This document shows, in pieces, positions 23,645-35,187 of a stretch of 35,692 bases of DNA. The number at the start of each line of letters is the position of its first letter. The stretch's first letter is position 1. The position numbers and the translations under genes were made by a program. Origin of the DNA: a bacterium (GTDB lineage Bacteria > JBBIVP01); the NCBI GenBank assembly GCA_037439705.1, contig JBBIVP010000002.1, forward strand, positions 1 through 35,692. Reading direction: 5' to 3'. The notes beneath the pieces are model-generated. The model was not told where the DNA came from. It saw only the letters and a program-made list of their open reading frames with translations, and searched no databases.

Positions 23645-24040
23645 CTATTTTTTCTTCTCCTTCTTTTCTTCCGCTACCTTTAAAGGTCGGTCAACAAGCT
23701 CAAAAAGTGCCTCTTCCGCTCCATCACCCTTTCTGAACCCAAACCTTGTAATCCTCGTATATCCACCATTTCTGTTTTTATATCTTTCAGCAAGTTCGCC
23801 AAATATCTTTCTTACCACATCATCATCCTGAACGATACTTGCACACAGCCTTCTGGCATGGAGCGTTCCCCTTTTACCGTATGTTATAAGCCTCTCCGCA
23901 ATCCTTCTCGCTTCCTTAGCTTTTTGCACAGTTGTTATAATTCTTTCATGCTTTATCAGAGAAACTACAAGGTTTCTGAGCATTGAAAGCCTGTGGGAGG
24001 ATGGTCTACTTAATTTGTTATAATTTTTCCTATGTCTCAT
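23645..24040 (-). CDS. rplQ: 50S ribosomal protein L17
   Basis: MRHRKNYNKLSRPSSHRLSMLRNL... is the canonical L17 N-terminus. Last gene of the alpha operon. Confidence 0.95.
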   Translation of the reverse strand: MRHRKNYNKLSRPSSHRLSMLRNLVVSLIKHERIITTVQKAKEARRIAERLITYGKRGTLHARRLCASIVQDDDVVRKIFGELAERYKNRNGGYTRITRFGFRKGDGAEEALFELVDRPLKVAEEKKEKKK

Positions 24041-25037
24041 CTGTTATCCTCACCTTCTTCTTTATCTTTTGAATCTCATCAAGTTTCATTCCAAGGGAAA
24101 GTCCGAGTTCCGCCAATTTTTTCTTTATCTCTTTAAGAGATGTCCTTCCAAAATTCTTCTTTTTCAGAAGGTCTGATTCTTTCAGCTGAATAAGTTCCGC
24201 AATCGTCCTTATACCCGCATTTCTCAAACAATTGGCTGCCCTTGTAGTTACATCCAGTTCATCAACAGACCTCATAAGATATTCTTTTATCTCGTTTTTG
24301 TCTGTTTCTTCCACCACCTGATATTTTTCCTTTTTTGGTTCTATCCCTTCAAAAGCAACGAAAATTCTCAACTGGTCAATCAGTATCTCTGCCGCCTGAA
24401 CAAGTGCTTCTTCAGGAGTGATTGAACCAACTGTCCAGATGTGAAGGATAAGTTTGTCATAATCAGTTCTTTCACCTACCCTTGTATTCTGAACATCAAA
24501 ATTTACTTTTACTATTGGACTAAAGAATGAATCAATAGCAAGCCAACCTACACCCTTCTCATCCTTTTTATTCTCTTCTGCAAGAACATATCCTCTTCCT
24601 TTCCTCGCTATCATCTGTATATCTATCTTTCCTCCGGGAGCGAGTGTGAGTATATGCTGGTCCAGATTAATTATTTCCACAGTTCCATCAGTTTTTATAT
24701 CCCTTGCAAAAAGCATACCTTCCCCTTCTGATTTCAACCTCAGCTCCTTTGGTTCATAAGTATCGATCTTCAATCTCACTTTTTTCAGATTTAGAATTAT
24801 GTCAAGAACATCTTCTACAACCCCATGAATTGCTGTGAAAGGATGCGATACACCTTCAATTTTAATAGCAGTGATAGCACCTCCCTCAAGGGAACTTAAA
24901 AGAACTCGCCTCAAAGAATTGCCAAGCGTTATGCCATAACCCCTTTCAAGAGGCTCGATTGTAAACTTCCCATAAAAATCTGTGAGGGTATCACTTTCAA
25001 CCTTTATCCCCTCCGGTTTTATTAATTTCTCAAACAT
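24030..25037 (-). CDS. rpoA: DNA-directed RNA polymerase subunit alpha
   Basis: GxTLGNSLRRVLLSS motif, 335 aa, C-terminal helix-hairpin-helix domain (RAANCLRNAGI), conserved operon position. Confidence 0.95.
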   Translation of the reverse strand: MFEKLIKPEGIKVESDTLTDFYGKFTIEPLERGYGITLGNSLRRVLLSSLEGGAITAIKIEGVSHPFTAIHGVVEDVLDIILNLKKVRLKIDTYEPKELRLKSEGEGMLFARDIKTDGTVEIINLDQHILTLAPGGKIDIQMIARKGRGYVLAEENKKDEKGVGWLAIDSFFSPIVKVNFDVQNTRVGERTDYDKLILHIWTVGSITPEEALVQAAEILIDQLRIFVAFEGIEPKKEKYQVVEETDKNEIKEYLMRSVDELDVTTRAANCLRNAGIRTIAELIQLKESDLLKKKNFGRTSLKEIKKKLAELGLSLGMKLDEIQKIKKKVRITDET

Positions 25038-25065
25038 TTCGCTCCTCCTTATATTATAATAGAAT

Positions 25066-25692
25066 TTATTTTGAATAATACTCTACAATCAACCTTTCAC
25101 TTATGGGAACATCTATCTCGTTCCTTTCCGGTAATCTTTTTACAACAATTCTCATCTCTTCATCATTTACATCAAGCCATGCCGGAATAGAATTTCTGCG
25201 AAGGGAAATGGAATTTTTTGCAAGAAGTTTTATTGCCTCTTTCAATATAATTTCATCCCCAACTCTCACAAGATAAGAGGGACGGTCAACTCTCCTCTTT
25301 CCCACAATTATATGACCGTGAGAAATCAACTGTCTTGCCTGCATTCTGGTGATTACGAAACCAGCTCTATATAGCACAATATCAATCCTCCTTTCAAGAA
25401 GAATAAGAAGAGTTTCTCCTGTAGCTCCTTTTGCCTTCTTTGCCATCTCAAAATACTTCTTACACTGCCTCTCAAGAATCCCATAAATTGCTTTCAACTT
25501 CTGAAGTTCTCTGAACCTTATTCCATAATCCGAAAGTTTTACTATTGCTGTGGGACCATGCTGTCCAGGCGGATAATTTTTCCTCGTCGCTTCCATACTG
25601 CATTTTTCAGTATAACATCTTACCCCCTTGAGATATAGTTTCTGGTTTTCCCTTCTACACCTTCTACAAACAGGACCAATCGCTCTTCCCAT
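25066..25692 (-). CDS. rpsD: 30S ribosomal protein S4
   Basis: [15 protein letters not shown]... is the canonical S4 start. TAATG junction with rpsK. The track start at 25722 is over-extended. Confidence 0.9.
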   Translation of the reverse strand: MGRAIGPVCRRCRRENQKLYLKGVRCYTEKCSMEATRKNYPPGQHGPTAIVKLSDYGIRFRELQKLKAIYGILERQCKKYFEMAKKAKGATGETLLILLERRIDIVLYRAGFVITRMQARQLISHGHIIVGKRRVDRPSYLVRVGDEIILKEAIKLLAKNSISLRRNSIPAWLDVNDEEMRIVVKRLPERNEIDVPISERLIVEYYSK

Positions 25693-26078
25693 TAAACCCT
25701 CCTTCTCTTTGGTGGTCTGCAACCATTGTGTGGAATTGGAGTTATGTCCCTTATCATGGTGATTTTTATCCCTGTTCCTTGAATTGCCCTGATAGCTGCT
25801 TCTCTTCCGGAACCAGGTCCTTTCACATATATAACAGCCCTCTTTGCACCAAAACCTTTTGCCTTTTGAGCTGCATCCTCAGCTGCAATCTGAGCTGCGT
25901 GAGGTGTTCCCTTTTTTGTTCCTTTATAACCTTTCAACCCTCCGCTTGACCATGTTATTGTGTTACCGTGTTGGTCTGCAACCGTAATATAAGTATTATT
26001 AAATGTTGAGTTGATGTAAAAAATTACATCTTCCACATATTTTTTTGCCTTCTTTTTCTTAGGTGACTTTCCTGCCAT
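25692..26078 (-). CDS. rpsK: 30S ribosomal protein S11
   Basis: [21 protein letters not shown]...[16 protein letters not shown]. Confidence 0.95.
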   Translation of the reverse strand: MAGKSPKKKKAKKYVEDVIFYINSTFNNTYITVADQHGNTITWSSGGLKGYKGTKKGTPHAAQIAAEDAAQKAKGFGAKRAVIYVKGPGSGREAAIRAIQGTGIKITMIRDITPIPHNGCRPPKRRRV

Positions 26079-26089
26079 ATCTCAACTCC

Positions 26090-26491
26090 TTACTTTCCTT
26101 CTTTTGTTGCCACAGGTTCCTTTTTCTTCTTTGAAGAAAGGATTCTCCTCTTTGGACCCTTTCTCGTTCTTGCATTACTCCTTGTCCTCTGACCCCTAAC
26201 TGGTAAACCCCTTATATGCCTTAATCCTCTGTATGTTCCCATATCTACGAGTCTCTTTATATTTAGCTGGATTTCCTTCCTCAATTCTCCTTCCACCTTA
26301 TATTCAGACTCAACAATTTTTCTTATTGCGGTTATCTCCTCCTCTGTAAGTTCATGTCCTCTCTTCTCCGGAGAAATACCTGCCTTCTCTAATATTTTGA
26401 AAGCGCTCGTTCTTCCAATTCCGTAAATTTTTGTCAATCCGAACCATATCTTTTTATCCTCAGAAATGTTAACTCCTGCAATTCTTATCAC
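26090..26491 (-). CDS. rpsM: 30S ribosomal protein S13
   Basis: MIRIAGVNI...YGIG...[17 protein letters not shown]. Confidence 0.95.
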   Translation of the reverse strand: MIRIAGVNISEDKKIWFGLTKIYGIGRTSAFKILEKAGISPEKRGHELTEEEITAIRKIVESEYKVEGELRKEIQLNIKRLVDMGTYRGLRHIRGLPVRGQRTRSNARTRKGPKRRILSSKKKKEPVATKEGK

Positions 26492-26500
26492 TTTCTCCTC

Positions 26501-26614
26501 CTATCCCTGTCTCTGTTTGTGTTTTGGGTTAGAGCATATAACTCTAACCACACCCTTTCTCCTTACAATTTTGCACTTATCACACATCTTTTTCACCGAT
26601 GTCTTCACCTTCAT
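26501..26614 (-). CDS. rpmJ: 50S ribosomal protein L36
   Basis: Not in the track (37 aa). Reverse-strand translation is [37 protein letters not shown], between infA and rpsM as expected. Confidence 0.9.
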   Translation of the reverse strand: MKVKTSVKKMCDKCKIVRRKGVVRVICSNPKHKQRQG

Positions 26615-26615
26615 T

Positions 26616-26834
26616 TTACTTCCCCCTGTATATTATTCTACCCCTTGTTGGGTCATAAGGAGAGAGTTCTACAACCACTTTATCTCCTGGAAGAATTTTT
26701 ATGTAATGCATCCTCATCTTCCCTGAAACATGTGCAGTAACGATGAGTCCATTAGGAAGTTCAACCTTGAAAGTAGCATTTGGTAGGGTCTCCTTAACTG
26801 TGCCTTCAACCTGCAGTCCTTCCTTCTTGGCCAT
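26616..26834 (-). CDS. infA: Translation initiation factor IF-1
   Basis: [29 protein letters not shown]...[15 protein letters not shown], 72 aa. The track ORF to 26936 is an upstream extension into map. Confidence 0.9.
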   Translation of the reverse strand: MAKKEGLQVEGTVKETLPNATFKVELPNGLIVTAHVSGKMRMHYIKILPGDKVVVELSPYDPTRGRIIYRGK

Positions 26835-26838
26835 TTCT

Positions 26839-27582
26839 TCAATAAGTAAGCACCGCGGCGCCGTTATCCGTAATAGCGATAGTATTCTCATAATGGGCTG
26901 AAAGCCCGCCATCAACTGTCTTAACTGTCCATCCATCTTCCATTATCCTCACTCTATAATCCTTCTCGTTCACCATCGGCTCAATAGCAAGGGTCATTCC
27001 TTCTTTCAAAAGAACACCTGTTCCCCTTATTCCAAAATTTGGAATCTGGGGGTACTCGTGAAGTTCAGATCCAATGCCATGACCAACAAATTCTTTTACC
27101 ACACTAAATCCATTATTTTCAACAAATTCTTGAATTTCTGCCGAAACATCTCCTACCCTTGCTCCATCCTTAATTACCTTTATAGCATTCCAGAAAGCCT
27201 TCTCGGCAACCTTGATAAGCCTCTCTGCGGTTTCAGATACTTTACCAATAGGTATTGTTCTTGCTCCGTCAGCATAAAAACCGTCATAATATACCCCAAT
27301 ATCTATACTCACTATATCACCTTCTTCTATTATTCTCTCTCCCGGTATTCCGTGCACCACTTCATCGTTTAGTGAAACACATAATGCTGCAGGATATCCC
27401 CTGTACCCCTTGAAAGCTGGGGCCGCATTCTTTTTTTTCAACCATTCTTCCGCAAAGGCTTCCAGTTTTTTCGTTTTTATTCCTGGCACTATTTTCTCCG
27501 AAAGGTAAAGAAGGACATCCCGCGTTATTATACCTGCTTTCTTCATTATCTCTATTTCTTCCTTGGTCTTAAGCCTTATCAA
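26839..27582 (-). CDS. map: Type I methionine aminopeptidase
   Basis: Canonical MAP pattern (VVHGIP, DIGV..DG..D, GHGIG, AIEPM, HYENT). Ends with TGA 4 nt before the infA ATG. Confidence 0.95.
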   Translation of the reverse strand: MIRLKTKEEIEIMKKAGIITRDVLLYLSEKIVPGIKTKKLEAFAEEWLKKKNAAPAFKGYRGYPAALCVSLNDEVVHGIPGERIIEEGDIVSIDIGVYYDGFYADGARTIPIGKVSETAERLIKVAEKAFWNAIKVIKDGARVGDVSAEIQEFVENNGFSVVKEFVGHGIGSELHEYPQIPNFGIRGTGVLLKEGMTLAIEPMVNEKDYRVRIMEDGWTVKTVDGGLSAHYENTIAITDNGAAVLTY

Positions 27583-28225
27583 TTTTTTTTAAAGCGGAAA
27601 TGATTCCGGAATAAACTTCTTCCGGTAATCCTGAACCATCAATTCTCAAAAGCTGGTTCCTTCTGGTGTAATAATCTATAAGCGGAGCAGTCTTCTCTCT
27701 GTAAACCCTTAATCGTTCTCTTATCACATCTTCCTTGTCATCATCCCTTTGGTAAAGAGTACCACCACATTCACATATACCGTCCTTTGGTGGTGGGCTT
27801 GTTTCTAAATGGTATATCCTGCCACATTTAGAACAAACCCTTCTTTTTGAATTCCTTCTTATTACTTCGTTATCAGAAACATCTATAAATAAAACTACTG
27901 TATCCATATTTTTAGCATTCAACATTCTTTCAAGAGACATAGCCTGTGCCTCCGTTCGCGGAAACCCATCAAGGATACATCCGTTCATACAATCATCTCT
28001 ATTCAATCTATCCTCAATTATTCCTATGACCACATCATCAGGAACAAGCTCACCTTTTGACATATATTCATTTGCTTTGATACCGAGGAGTGTCTTCTCT
28101 TTTACTGCGGTTCTCAATATATCACCTGTTGAAATGTATGGAACTCCAAAAAATTCTGAAACCTTAACCGCCTGCGTGCCCTTTCCAGCTCCAGGTGGTC
28201 CAAGAAATATAATGGCTTTTCTCAT
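27569..28225 (-). CDS. adk: Adenylate kinase (zinc-lid type)
   Basis: [12 protein letters not shown]-loop. Lid with CSKCGRIYH...CECGG. Confidence 0.95.
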   Translation of the reverse strand: MRKAIIFLGPPGAGKGTQAVKVSEFFGVPYISTGDILRTAVKEKTLLGIKANEYMSKGELVPDDVVIGIIEDRLNRDDCMNGCILDGFPRTEAQAMSLERMLNAKNMDTVVLFIDVSDNEVIRRNSKRRVCSKCGRIYHLETSPPPKDGICECGGTLYQRDDDKEDVIRERLRVYREKTAPLIDYYTRRNQLLRIDGSGLPEEVYSGIISALKKIDKA

Positions 28226-29541
28226 CTGAAAACCCTTCTCCCTTTAAGTTTTGCCCCTTTAACAAATCCCTCATAATTCCTCATTATAAGATGGGATTCT
28301 ATTTGCTGGGCTGTGTCAAGAGCAACACCAACTGCTATGAGAAGACCTGTTCCACCAAATCGGAAAGGAACATTGAATTCGGCATAAAGAATGGAAGGTA
28401 ATATGCAGATAATCACGAGATATATAGCGCCTCCAAGGGTTATCCTTGAAAGGACCCAATCAATATATTCGGAGGTATTCTTTCCAGGTCTTATTCCTGG
28501 AATAAATCCTCCATATTTTTGAAGGTTTTCAGCAACATCCACAGGATTAAAAATGATAGCAGTGTAAAAATAAGCAAAGAAAATTATCAAAATAGCATAA
28601 AGAATATTATAAATTGCTCCTGTTGGAAGTAGCATATCATAAATCCTTTTTAACCATGAAACATCAGCAATACTTGATATGGTCAATGGGAACATAAGAA
28701 GGGCTGACGCAAATATGGGGGGAATAACACCAGATGTATTAACCTTTAATGGAAGATGGGTGAGCTGACCTCCATAAACCTTTCTTCCAACAACCCTTTT
28801 GGCATACTGTACTGGAATCCTTCTGTGCCCCCTTTCAACGAAAATTATTGCTCCAACCACAGCCACTACAATCAACAAAACCATAAGGAGAACAAAAAGG
28901 AACATTTCGCCTGTTCTTACGAGCTTAAAGGTTCTCACTATCGCTCCAGGAAGTCTGTCAACTATTCCAGCATATATTATAAGTGAAATACCATTTCCTA
29001 TTCCCCTTTCTGTAATCTGCTCTCCAAGCCACATAAGAAATATGGTTCCTGTTGTCATCGTTATCATGGCCATCATTCTGAATTTAAAACCCGGGTTTAA
29101 TACCACCGGCATATCACCTGGCCCCTTCATTCCCTCAAGACTTATCGCAATAAATATGGATTGAATCATGGCAAGGAAAACGGTGCCATATCTGGTATAT
29201 TGATTCATCTTCCTCCTGCCGAGTTCTCCTTCTTTTTTTAACCTTTCAACCGCAGGGAAAACTGCTGTGAGAAGCTCCATTATAATCGCTGAACTTATAT
29301 ATGGCATCACCCCGAGAGAAAAAATTGAAAGCTGTTCAAGTGCTCCTCCAGAAAACAGATTTATAAGTCCGAAAATGGTCCCCTCTGCACTTTGAAAAAA
29401 CTGCCTTATTACTTCCACATCAACTCCTGGAGTTGGAACAAATATACCCACTCTATAAACCGCAAGAAGCCCAAGAGTTATCAGAAGCTTCTTTCTAAGT
29501 TCAGGAATTCTCGGGATGTTTAAAAAACCCCTATCTAACAT
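28222..29541 (-). CDS. secY: Preprotein translocase subunit SecY
   Basis: 10-TM SecY pattern ([17 protein letters not shown]...). ATGA overlap with adk. Confidence 0.95.
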   Translation of the reverse strand: MLDRGFLNIPRIPELRKKLLITLGLLAVYRVGIFVPTPGVDVEVIRQFFQSAEGTIFGLINLFSGGALEQLSIFSLGVMPYISSAIIMELLTAVFPAVERLKKEGELGRRKMNQYTRYGTVFLAMIQSIFIAISLEGMKGPGDMPVVLNPGFKFRMMAMITMTTGTIFLMWLGEQITERGIGNGISLIIYAGIVDRLPGAIVRTFKLVRTGEMFLFVLLMVLLIVVAVVGAIIFVERGHRRIPVQYAKRVVGRKVYGGQLTHLPLKVNTSGVIPPIFASALLMFPLTISSIADVSWLKRIYDMLLPTGAIYNILYAILIIFFAYFYTAIIFNPVDVAENLQKYGGFIPGIRPGKNTSEYIDWVLSRITLGGAIYLVIICILPSILYAEFNVPFRFGGTGLLIAVGVALDTAQQIESHLIMRNYEGFVKGAKLKGRRVFR

Positions 29542-29974
29542 ATTCTACCTCTCCCCCTGCCTTCTTAATTTTCTCAATGGCACTTGTTGAAAAGGCATGG
29601 GCTTTAACTTTCAATTTCAGATTCAGCTCCCCGTCTCCCAGGATCTTCACAGGTGCTTTTCTTTTAATAAGTCCTTTTTCCATCAAAACCTCTGGAGTAA
29701 TCTCGTCTCCATCTTTAAAGAACGAATTTAGGGTCTTAAGGTTTATCCATTCATATTCAACCTTTATTCCTTCCCTGGAAAATCCCCTCTTTGGAATTCT
29801 TCTCAAAAGCGGAGTTTGTCCACCTTCAAACCTTAAAGGAGGGCCACCTCCTGACCTCGCCCTTTGCCCTTTATGACCGTGCGTGGATGTTTTACCGTGT
29901 CCTGAACCCCTGCCTCTTCCTACCCTTTTTTTCTTTCTAACTGCGCCAGGGGGGAATGATAATTTTTCAAGCAT
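29531..29974 (-). CDS. rplO: 50S ribosomal protein L15
   Basis: [43 protein letters not shown] lies 7 nt upstream of the ATG at 29974. The track start at 30052 is over-extended into rpsE. Confidence 0.9.
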   Translation of the reverse strand: MLEKLSFPPGAVRKKKRVGRGRGSGHGKTSTHGHKGQRARSGGGPPLRFEGGQTPLLRRIPKRGFSREGIKVEYEWINLKTLNSFFKDGDEITPEVLMEKGLIKRKAPVKILGDGELNLKLKVKAHAFSTSAIEKIKKAGGEVEYVR

Positions 29975-30527
29975 CTCTCTTCTCCTTTTTTGAAAATGTA
30001 CCCTGTGGTATGTATCCAATTTTTTCAAGAGGTATTCCCCTTTCTTCAGCAATTTCTTCAGGATATTTCAGGAGTTTAAAGGCTTTAAATACCGCTTTGA
30101 CCAGATTGTGAGGATTGTGAGAACGCATGCTCTTGGTAAGAAGGTTTTTTATGCCAGCTAACTCTGCAATTGCTCTAACCGTTCCTCCCGCTACAACTCC
30201 TGTTCCTGGAAGAGCAGGTTTCAAAATTACAATAGCGGAGCAAAACTTTGCTGATACCTCGTATGGAATTGTCTCATTTATAATAGGAACTTTTATTAGA
30301 TTCTTTTTTGCCTTCTCCACAGCTTTTCTTATAGCATCGGGAACTTCCCTTGCCTTTCCAAGAGCATATCCCACCATTCCCTTGCCATCCCCAACAACCA
30401 CCAAAGCATTGAAACCAAATCTCTTTCCTCCTTGAACCACCTTTGCAACCCTTGAAACACTCAAAATTTTTTCCTTGAGTTCTAATTCTTCAAGTTTTTC
30501 TTCTTCGTCGTAATAACTCTCTTCCAT
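29967..30527 (-). CDS. rpsE: 30S ribosomal protein S5
   Basis: [36 protein letters not shown].... Acidic N-terminal extension. Confidence 0.95.
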   Translation of the reverse strand: MEESYYDEEEKLEELELKEKILSVSRVAKVVQGGKRFGFNALVVVGDGKGMVGYALGKAREVPDAIRKAVEKAKKNLIKVPIINETIPYEVSAKFCSAIVILKPALPGTGVVAGGTVRAIAELAGIKNLLTKSMRSHNPHNLVKAVFKAFKLLKYPEEIAEERGIPLEKIGYIPQGTFSKKEKRDA

Positions 30528-30540
30528 TATTCAACTCCTT

Positions 30541-30915
30541 TCAAAACATCAGCCCTCCCTCTCTTGCTCCATCAGCAAGAGCCTTCACCCTTCCATGATA
30601 CTTAAAATAACCTTTGTCAAAAACCACCTTTCTTATTCCCTTCTCAAGAGCCTTCTTTGCCAGAAGCAATCCAACCTTTCTTGCAGATTCTTTATTCTTC
30701 GTTTTTCCATTTAATTCTGCTCTGAGTTCTGGAGAAAGTGTTGAACAGGAAACAAGGGTAACCCCTTTAGGATCATCAATTATTTGAGCATAAATATGCT
30801 TTAATGAACGATAGACCGATAAACGAGGTCTTTCTGGGGTTCCAAAAACTTTTTTTCTCACCCTTTTTTTTCTCCTAATCCTTCTTTCTTTTATATTTTT
30901 AACACTTATAGCCAT
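30541..30915 (-). CDS. rplR: 50S ribosomal protein L18
   Basis: [20 protein letters not shown]...[17 protein letters not shown]. Confidence 0.95.
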   Translation of the reverse strand: MAISVKNIKERRIRRKKRVRKKVFGTPERPRLSVYRSLKHIYAQIIDDPKGVTLVSCSTLSPELRAELNGKTKNKESARKVGLLLAKKALEKGIRKVVFDKGYFKYHGRVKALADGAREGGLMF

Positions 30916-31481
30916 TATTTGGGAGCACCTACTGCCTTTTTACCAGCCTTTCTTCTTACCACTTCATCCACATACCTTATTCCCTTTCCAACATAAACAT
31001 TTGGAGGTCTCACTCTTCTTATATTCGCTGCAAACTGCCCCACTAATTGTTTATCAATTCCATGGACAGTGATTCTGAAATTTTTTTCAACTGTTTTTAA
31101 CTGTTCTACTGAAACCTTCAATCCTTTTGGTATCTTCAAAGAATAGGGTTTTGAAAACCCAACATAAAGAATTAGTTCCTTCCCCTTAACCTCTGCTTTA
31201 TAACCAGTTCCTATTACATCCAATTTCTTCTCAAAACCCTGTGTCACACCTATTATTGCATTGTTTATAAGTTGACGAACAAGACCATGTAGCATCCTAT
31301 CCCTTTTTGAATCATTATTCCTTTTAACCAATATCATTTCCTTTAAAATCTCTACACTTATTCCATCTGGAATTTTTACGCTCAATTCTCCATTTTTTCC
31401 CTTTACAATTACTGACCCATTTGAGGTTGAAATTTGAACATCAGGAGGAATAATGATGGGTTTCCTTCCTATCTTTGACAT
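30915..31481 (-). CDS. rplF: 50S ribosomal protein L6
   Basis: [13 protein letters not shown]...[11 protein letters not shown]...[12 protein letters not shown]. Confidence 0.95.
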   Translation of the reverse strand: MSKIGRKPIIIPPDVQISTSNGSVIVKGKNGELSVKIPDGISVEILKEMILVKRNNDSKRDRMLHGLVRQLINNAIIGVTQGFEKKLDVIGTGYKAEVKGKELILYVGFSKPYSLKIPKGLKVSVEQLKTVEKNFRITVHGIDKQLVGQFAANIRRVRPPNVYVGKGIRYVDEVVRRKAGKKAVGAPK

Positions 31482-31482
31482 C

Positions 31483-31878
31483 TCACCATACTATCCCTAT
31501 AAATTCTCCGCCCACCTTAAATTTTCTTGCCTTCTTATCACTCATTATACCTTTTGATGTTGAAAGAATACAAATACCAAGTCCTCTTTTTACAAGTGGC
31601 AATTCCTTAACACCTACATAAACCCTTCTTCCAGGAGTCGTAACTTTTTTGATTCCCTTTATGACAGGCTCCCCATGTTTGTTATATTTGAGATAGATTC
31701 TTAGAATAGAATAGTTCTTCATCTCTACAACATCATAACCCTCAATAAATCCCTCTTCTTTCAAAACCTCACAGATATTTCTTTTTAATTTTGAATGCGG
31801 AAGGTCCACTATCTTTTTCCCAACGCTCTGAGCGTTTCTTATGGCAGTGAGCATATCTGCTACAGGGTCGGTCTGCAT
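31483..31878 (-). CDS. rpsH: 30S ribosomal protein S8
   Basis: MQTDPVADMLTAIRNA... is the canonical start, with AGGAGG 6 nt upstream. The track start at 31965 is over-extended into rpsN. Confidence 0.9.
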   Translation of the reverse strand: MQTDPVADMLTAIRNAQSVGKKIVDLPHSKLKRNICEVLKEEGFIEGYDVVEMKNYSILRIYLKYNKHGEPVIKGIKKVTTPGRRVYVGVKELPLVKRGLGICILSTSKGIMSDKKARKFKVGGEFIGIVW

Positions 31879-31888
31879 AAAAAACCTC

Positions 31889-32074
31889 CTACCAGCTTGC
31901 CTTTCTGACACCCGGGATCTCACCAACAAGTGCCCTCTTTCTGAAACACATTCTACACATTCCAAATCTCCTTAGATAACCTCTTGGTCTTCCGCATATA
32001 CTACACCTGTTCCTCTTTCTCACTTTAAATTTTGGCTCTCTTTTAGCCTTTTCTATCTGCGCCTTTCTCGCCAT
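31889..32074 (-). CDS. rpsN: 30S ribosomal protein S14, zinc-binding type Z
   Basis: 61 aa, [22 protein letters not shown]. Confidence 0.95.
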   Translation of the reverse strand: MARKAQIEKAKREPKFKVRKRNRCSICGRPRGYLRRFGMCRMCFRKRALVGEIPGVRKASW

Positions 32075-32076
32075 AT

Positions 32077-32619
32077 TTAACTCCTGAACGGAAAACCTAA
32101 ATACTTCAACAATAGTTTAGCTTCCGCATCAGTATTTGCGGTAGTGCAAATAGTTATATTCATCCCTCTAATTTTTTCAACTTTTTCGTATTTTACCTCT
32201 GGAAATATGATTTGTTCTCTAACCCCAATAGTATAATTTCCCCTACCGTCAAAAGAATTTGGATTTAAACCCCTGAAATCCTTTGTTCTTGGAAGTGCTA
32301 TGTTTATAAATCTATCAAGAAACTCATACATTCTATCTTTTCTAAGAGTTACCATACAGGCTATTGGAGCGTTCTTTTTCAGCTTGAAGTTTGATATAGC
32401 CTTTTTCGCTCTTTTTATAACAGGTTTTTGACCTGTAATTTGAGCAAGTTCGTTCATAGCAAGTTCAAGGTGTTTAATTTCGTCCTTTGCCTCACCAACT
32501 CCCATATTTATAACCACCTTTGCCATCCTCGGGACCTGAAGTGGATTTTTATAACCCAATTCCTTCATCATTCTCGGAATTATCTCTTTCTCATATTTTT
32601 CCTGCAGTCTTGGCTTCAC
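32077..32619 (-). CDS. rplE: 50S ribosomal protein L5
   Basis: (M)[12 protein letters not shown]...VINMGVGEA. The GTG at 32619 forms a GTGA overlap with the rplX stop and gives the canonical N-terminal length. The ATG at 32640 is the alternative. Confidence 0.85.
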   Translation of the reverse strand: MKPRLQEKYEKEIIPRMMKELGYKNPLQVPRMAKVVINMGVGEAKDEIKHLELAMNELAQITGQKPVIKRAKKAISNFKLKKNAPIACMVTLRKDRMYEFLDRFINIALPRTKDFRGLNPNSFDGRGNYTIGVREQIIFPEVKYEKVEKIRGMNITICTTANTDAEAKLLLKYLGFPFRS

Positions 32620-32939
32620 TTCTCTATCACCTCGCCACATTTCTTACAGTAACGAACCTTTGTTCCGTCTTCCAGAAATTTCCTGCCAACTCTTACAGGT
32701 TTATCACACCTTGGACAAATAACCATCAAAACTGAAAGGTGTAAAGGAACTTCTTTTTCAATTATCCCTCCTGTAGGATATTTTTGAGAAGGTCTAACAT
32801 GTTTCTTCACCATATTTACCTTTTCCACAACCACTTTCATCTTCTTCGGAATAACAGAAAGAACCTTGCCCCTTTTCCCTCTTTCTTTTCCCCTCATTAC
32901 CTGCACTATATCACCTTTTTTTATTTTCAATCCGCCCAT
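32616..32939 (-). CDS. rplX: 50S ribosomal protein L24 (C-terminal CxxC...CxxC ribbon)
   Basis: [26 protein letters not shown]...[11 protein letters not shown]...CKKCGEVI. The start lies 1 nt after the rplN stop. Confidence 0.9.
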   Translation of the reverse strand: MGGLKIKKGDIVQVMRGKERGKRGKVLSVIPKKMKVVVEKVNMVKKHVRPSQKYPTGGIIEKEVPLHLSVLMVICPRCDKPVRVGRKFLEDGTKVRYCKKCGEVIEK

Positions 32940-32940
32940 C

Positions 32941-33309
32941 CTACAAAACCTCTGGTGCAAGAGAAATAATTTTCATAAACTTCTTCGCTCTCAATTCCTT
33001 TGCCACTGGTCCGAACACCCTTGTTCCTATTGGTTCTAAATACTGATTTATAAGAACTGCTGCATTTGAATCAAATCTTATGTATGTCCCATCGGGTCTT
33101 GCTATTTCCTTTTTCGTCCTCACAACAACTGCTTTCATCACATCCCCTTTTTTAACCTTTGAGTGGGGAATAGCCTCTTTAACAGAAACAACTATAATGT
33201 CTCCTACTCTTGCATACCTTCTCCTCGTCCCCCCAAGAACCTTGATACAACAAAGTTTTTTTGCTCCTGAATTATCAGCAGCTTCAAGTATTGTGTGTGG
33301 CTGAATCAT
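32941..33309 (-). CDS. rplN: 50S ribosomal protein L14
   Basis: [27 protein letters not shown].... Confidence 0.95.
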   Translation of the reverse strand: MIQPHTILEAADNSGAKKLCCIKVLGGTRRRYARVGDIIVVSVKEAIPHSKVKKGDVMKAVVVRTKKEIARPDGTYIRFDSNAAVLINQYLEPIGTRVFGPVAKELRAKKFMKIISLAPEVL

Positions 33310-33583
33310 TTGTGGTAATCTCCTTTTCCTCCGCCCTTACTCCTTCTTTTATTTTTCTCACAACAACAAACCTCTTCTCCTTGCTTATAGGACGAGTTTC
33401 TACTATTTCCACCATATCCCCTATCCTGCACCTGTTTTCTTCATCATGAGCCTTAAATTTCTTGACTCTCTTTATATATTTTTTATACTTGGAGTGTTGA
33501 AAAATCCTATCTACACCGACTACAACAGTCTTATCCATTTTATCGCTCAATACAACTCCCACAAATCTTTTTGTCTTCTTCAC
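33284..33583 (-). CDS. rpsQ: 30S ribosomal protein S17
   Basis: [16 protein letters not shown]...HSKYKKY...AHDE...GD.V.I.ETRPISK. Confidence 0.9.
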   Translation of the reverse strand: MKKTKRFVGVVLSDKMDKTVVVGVDRIFQHSKYKKYIKRVKKFKAHDEENRCRIGDMVEIVETRPISKEKRFVVVRKIKEGVRAEEKEITTNDSATHNT

Positions 33584-33774
33584 AGTTTAATCCCCATTTC
33601 TCTCAAAACAGTTAGCACTCTCGCTATATCCTTTCGGATGCTCTTAAGGTCATAAGCTACTCCTGACTTAGCAACTGCTTTTTGAAATCTCCTGTTTAAA
33701 TATTCTTTTCTCAATTCTTCTAATTTTATTTTCAATTCTTCAGTGCTCATCTCTCTCAATTCCTTCGCTTCCAT
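33580..33774 (-). CDS. rpmC: 50S ribosomal protein L29
   Basis: [31 protein letters not shown].... Confidence 0.95.
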   Translation of the reverse strand: MEAKELREMSTEELKIKLEELRKEYLNRRFQKAVAKSGVAYDLKSIRKDIARVLTVLREMGIKL

Positions 33775-33776
33775 AA

Positions 33777-34196
33777 TTATATTATTTCCTTCCTTTTTAC
33801 TATTCTCGTTGGAATTGGAAGCTTCTGGCTTGCGAACTTAAGAGACTGAATAGCGACATCTTCAGGCACATTTGTAATCTCATATATAATTTTCCCTCTT
33901 TTCACAACAGCCACATATCCCTCAACATTTCCTTTACCCTTTCCCATCCTTGTTTCCAGAGGTTTTTTGGTAAAGGGTTTATCAGGAAAAACCCTTATCC
34001 ACAACTTAATGCCCTTCTTTGCTGTTCTAACAATAGCCACCCTTCCAGCTTCCAGTTGTCTTTGAGTAAGCCAGCACCCTTTCAGTGCCTGTAATCCATA
34101 ATCCCCAAAAACGAGGGTATTACCCGAAGTAGCCTCACCTTTTACCCTTCCTTTCTGCTGTTTTCTGAACTTTGTCTTATTCGGCTGAAGAAACAT
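33777..34196 (-). CDS. rplP: 50S ribosomal protein L16
   Basis: MFLQPNKTKFRKQQKGR...ETRMGKGKG. Confidence 0.95.
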   Translation of the reverse strand: MFLQPNKTKFRKQQKGRVKGEATSGNTLVFGDYGLQALKGCWLTQRQLEAGRVAIVRTAKKGIKLWIRVFPDKPFTKKPLETRMGKGKGNVEGYVAVVKRGKIIYEITNVPEDVAIQSLKFASQKLPIPTRIVKRKEII

Positions 34197-34205
34197 CTTT
34201 ACCTC

Positions 34206-34850
34206 TCAATAAACAAGTTCTCTGTCAAACCTTTCTCCTTTATAAATCCAGACCTTTACTCCTATATTGCCCATTTTTGTATAAGCCTCAGAAAATCCGT
34301 AATCAATCTCCGCTCTAATTGTGTGAAGGGGAACCCTCCCTTCTCTGTACCACTCTCTTCTTGCTATTTCAGCACCTCCGAGTCTGCCCGCACATGAAAT
34401 TTTTATCCCACCTGCTCCAAATTTCATTGCAGATGTAACTGCTCGTTTCATTGCCCTTCTGTAAGGGACCCTTTTTTCAATCTGAAATGCTACATTCTCC
34501 GCAACAAGCTGTGCGTCAAGCTCAGGCTTCTTTATCTCCTGAACATCCACAATTATCTCCTTTCCACCCGAGTATTTCTCCAAATCCTTCTTCAAAGCTT
34601 CTATTTCCTGCCCCTTTCTGCCAATTACTACTGCTGGGCGAGCTGTATATATTGTGATATTTATCCTGTTTATCGCTCTCTCTATTCTTATCCTTGAAAT
34701 TGTGCCAAGCATATATCTCTTTTTTATAAGCTCTCTAATTTTAATATCCTCATAAATAAATTTTGGAAAATCTTTAAACGCTACCCACTCTGAATGCCAA
34801 CCCCTTGTAATTCCAACCCTGAATCCTATTGGTGAAACTTTCTGCCCCAT
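34206..34850 (-). CDS. rpsC: 30S ribosomal protein S3
   Basis: [22 protein letters not shown]..., KH domain, [10 protein letters not shown]. Confidence 0.95.
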   Translation of the reverse strand: MGQKVSPIGFRVGITRGWHSEWVAFKDFPKFIYEDIKIRELIKKRYMLGTISRIRIERAINRINITIYTARPAVVIGRKGQEIEALKKDLEKYSGGKEIIVDVQEIKKPELDAQLVAENVAFQIEKRVPYRRAMKRAVTSAMKFGAGGIKISCAGRLGGAEIARREWYREGRVPLHTIRAEIDYGFSEAYTKMGNIGVKVWIYKGERFDRELVY

Positions 34851-35186
34851 TTACATCCTCTCATCAAGAACAATGGTTATATGAGAGAACCTCTTTCTTA
34901 TAAGCCCGGCTCTTCTCCTTGCCATTGGACTTATTCTTTTCATAAAAGGTCCCTCATCCACAAGAAGGGTTTTTATATAAAATCTGCTGACATCTACATC
35001 ACCTTTTTGACGAGCATTATAAACCGCAGATTGTAATACCTTTTTTAAAATCACGGGAGCTTTTCCGATTAACAAATTGAGTACTTTTTCTGCTTCTTCC
35101 ACCCCTTTCCCTCTTATAAGGTCTGCCACCCTTCTAATTTTATAAGGTGACATTTTTACATATCTGCATACTGCCCTTACTTCCAT
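34851..35186 (-). CDS. rplV: 50S ribosomal protein L22
   Basis: MEVRAVCRYVKMSPYKIRRVADLIRGK.... The start lies 1 nt after the rpsS stop. The track start at 35264 is over-extended. Confidence 0.9.
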   Translation of the reverse strand: MEVRAVCRYVKMSPYKIRRVADLIRGKGVEEAEKVLNLLIGKAPVILKKVLQSAVYNARQKGDVDVSRFYIKTLLVDEGPFMKRISPMARRRAGLIRKRFSHITIVLDERM

Positions 35187-35187
35187 A

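Noticed and set aside
23634-23660. A/T-only hairpin (GAAAAAA...TTTTTTC) between convergent glcF-like and rplQ genes as a bidirectional terminator
   Set aside because: The stem is seven A-T pairs with no G-C pairs, and it overlaps the Lys-rich rplQ C-terminal coding sequence. It is too weak to call.
26835-26936. Upstream extensions of track ORFs in the ribosomal cluster (infA to 26936, rpsD to 25722, rplO to 30052, rpsH to 31965, rplX to 32960, rplV to 35264) and the acyl-CoA dehydrogenase to 12103
   Set aside because: The extensions overlap the preceding conserved gene and add non-homologous residues. Internal ATG/GTG codons give the canonical N-termini and have correctly spaced GGAGG sites or stop-start junctions.
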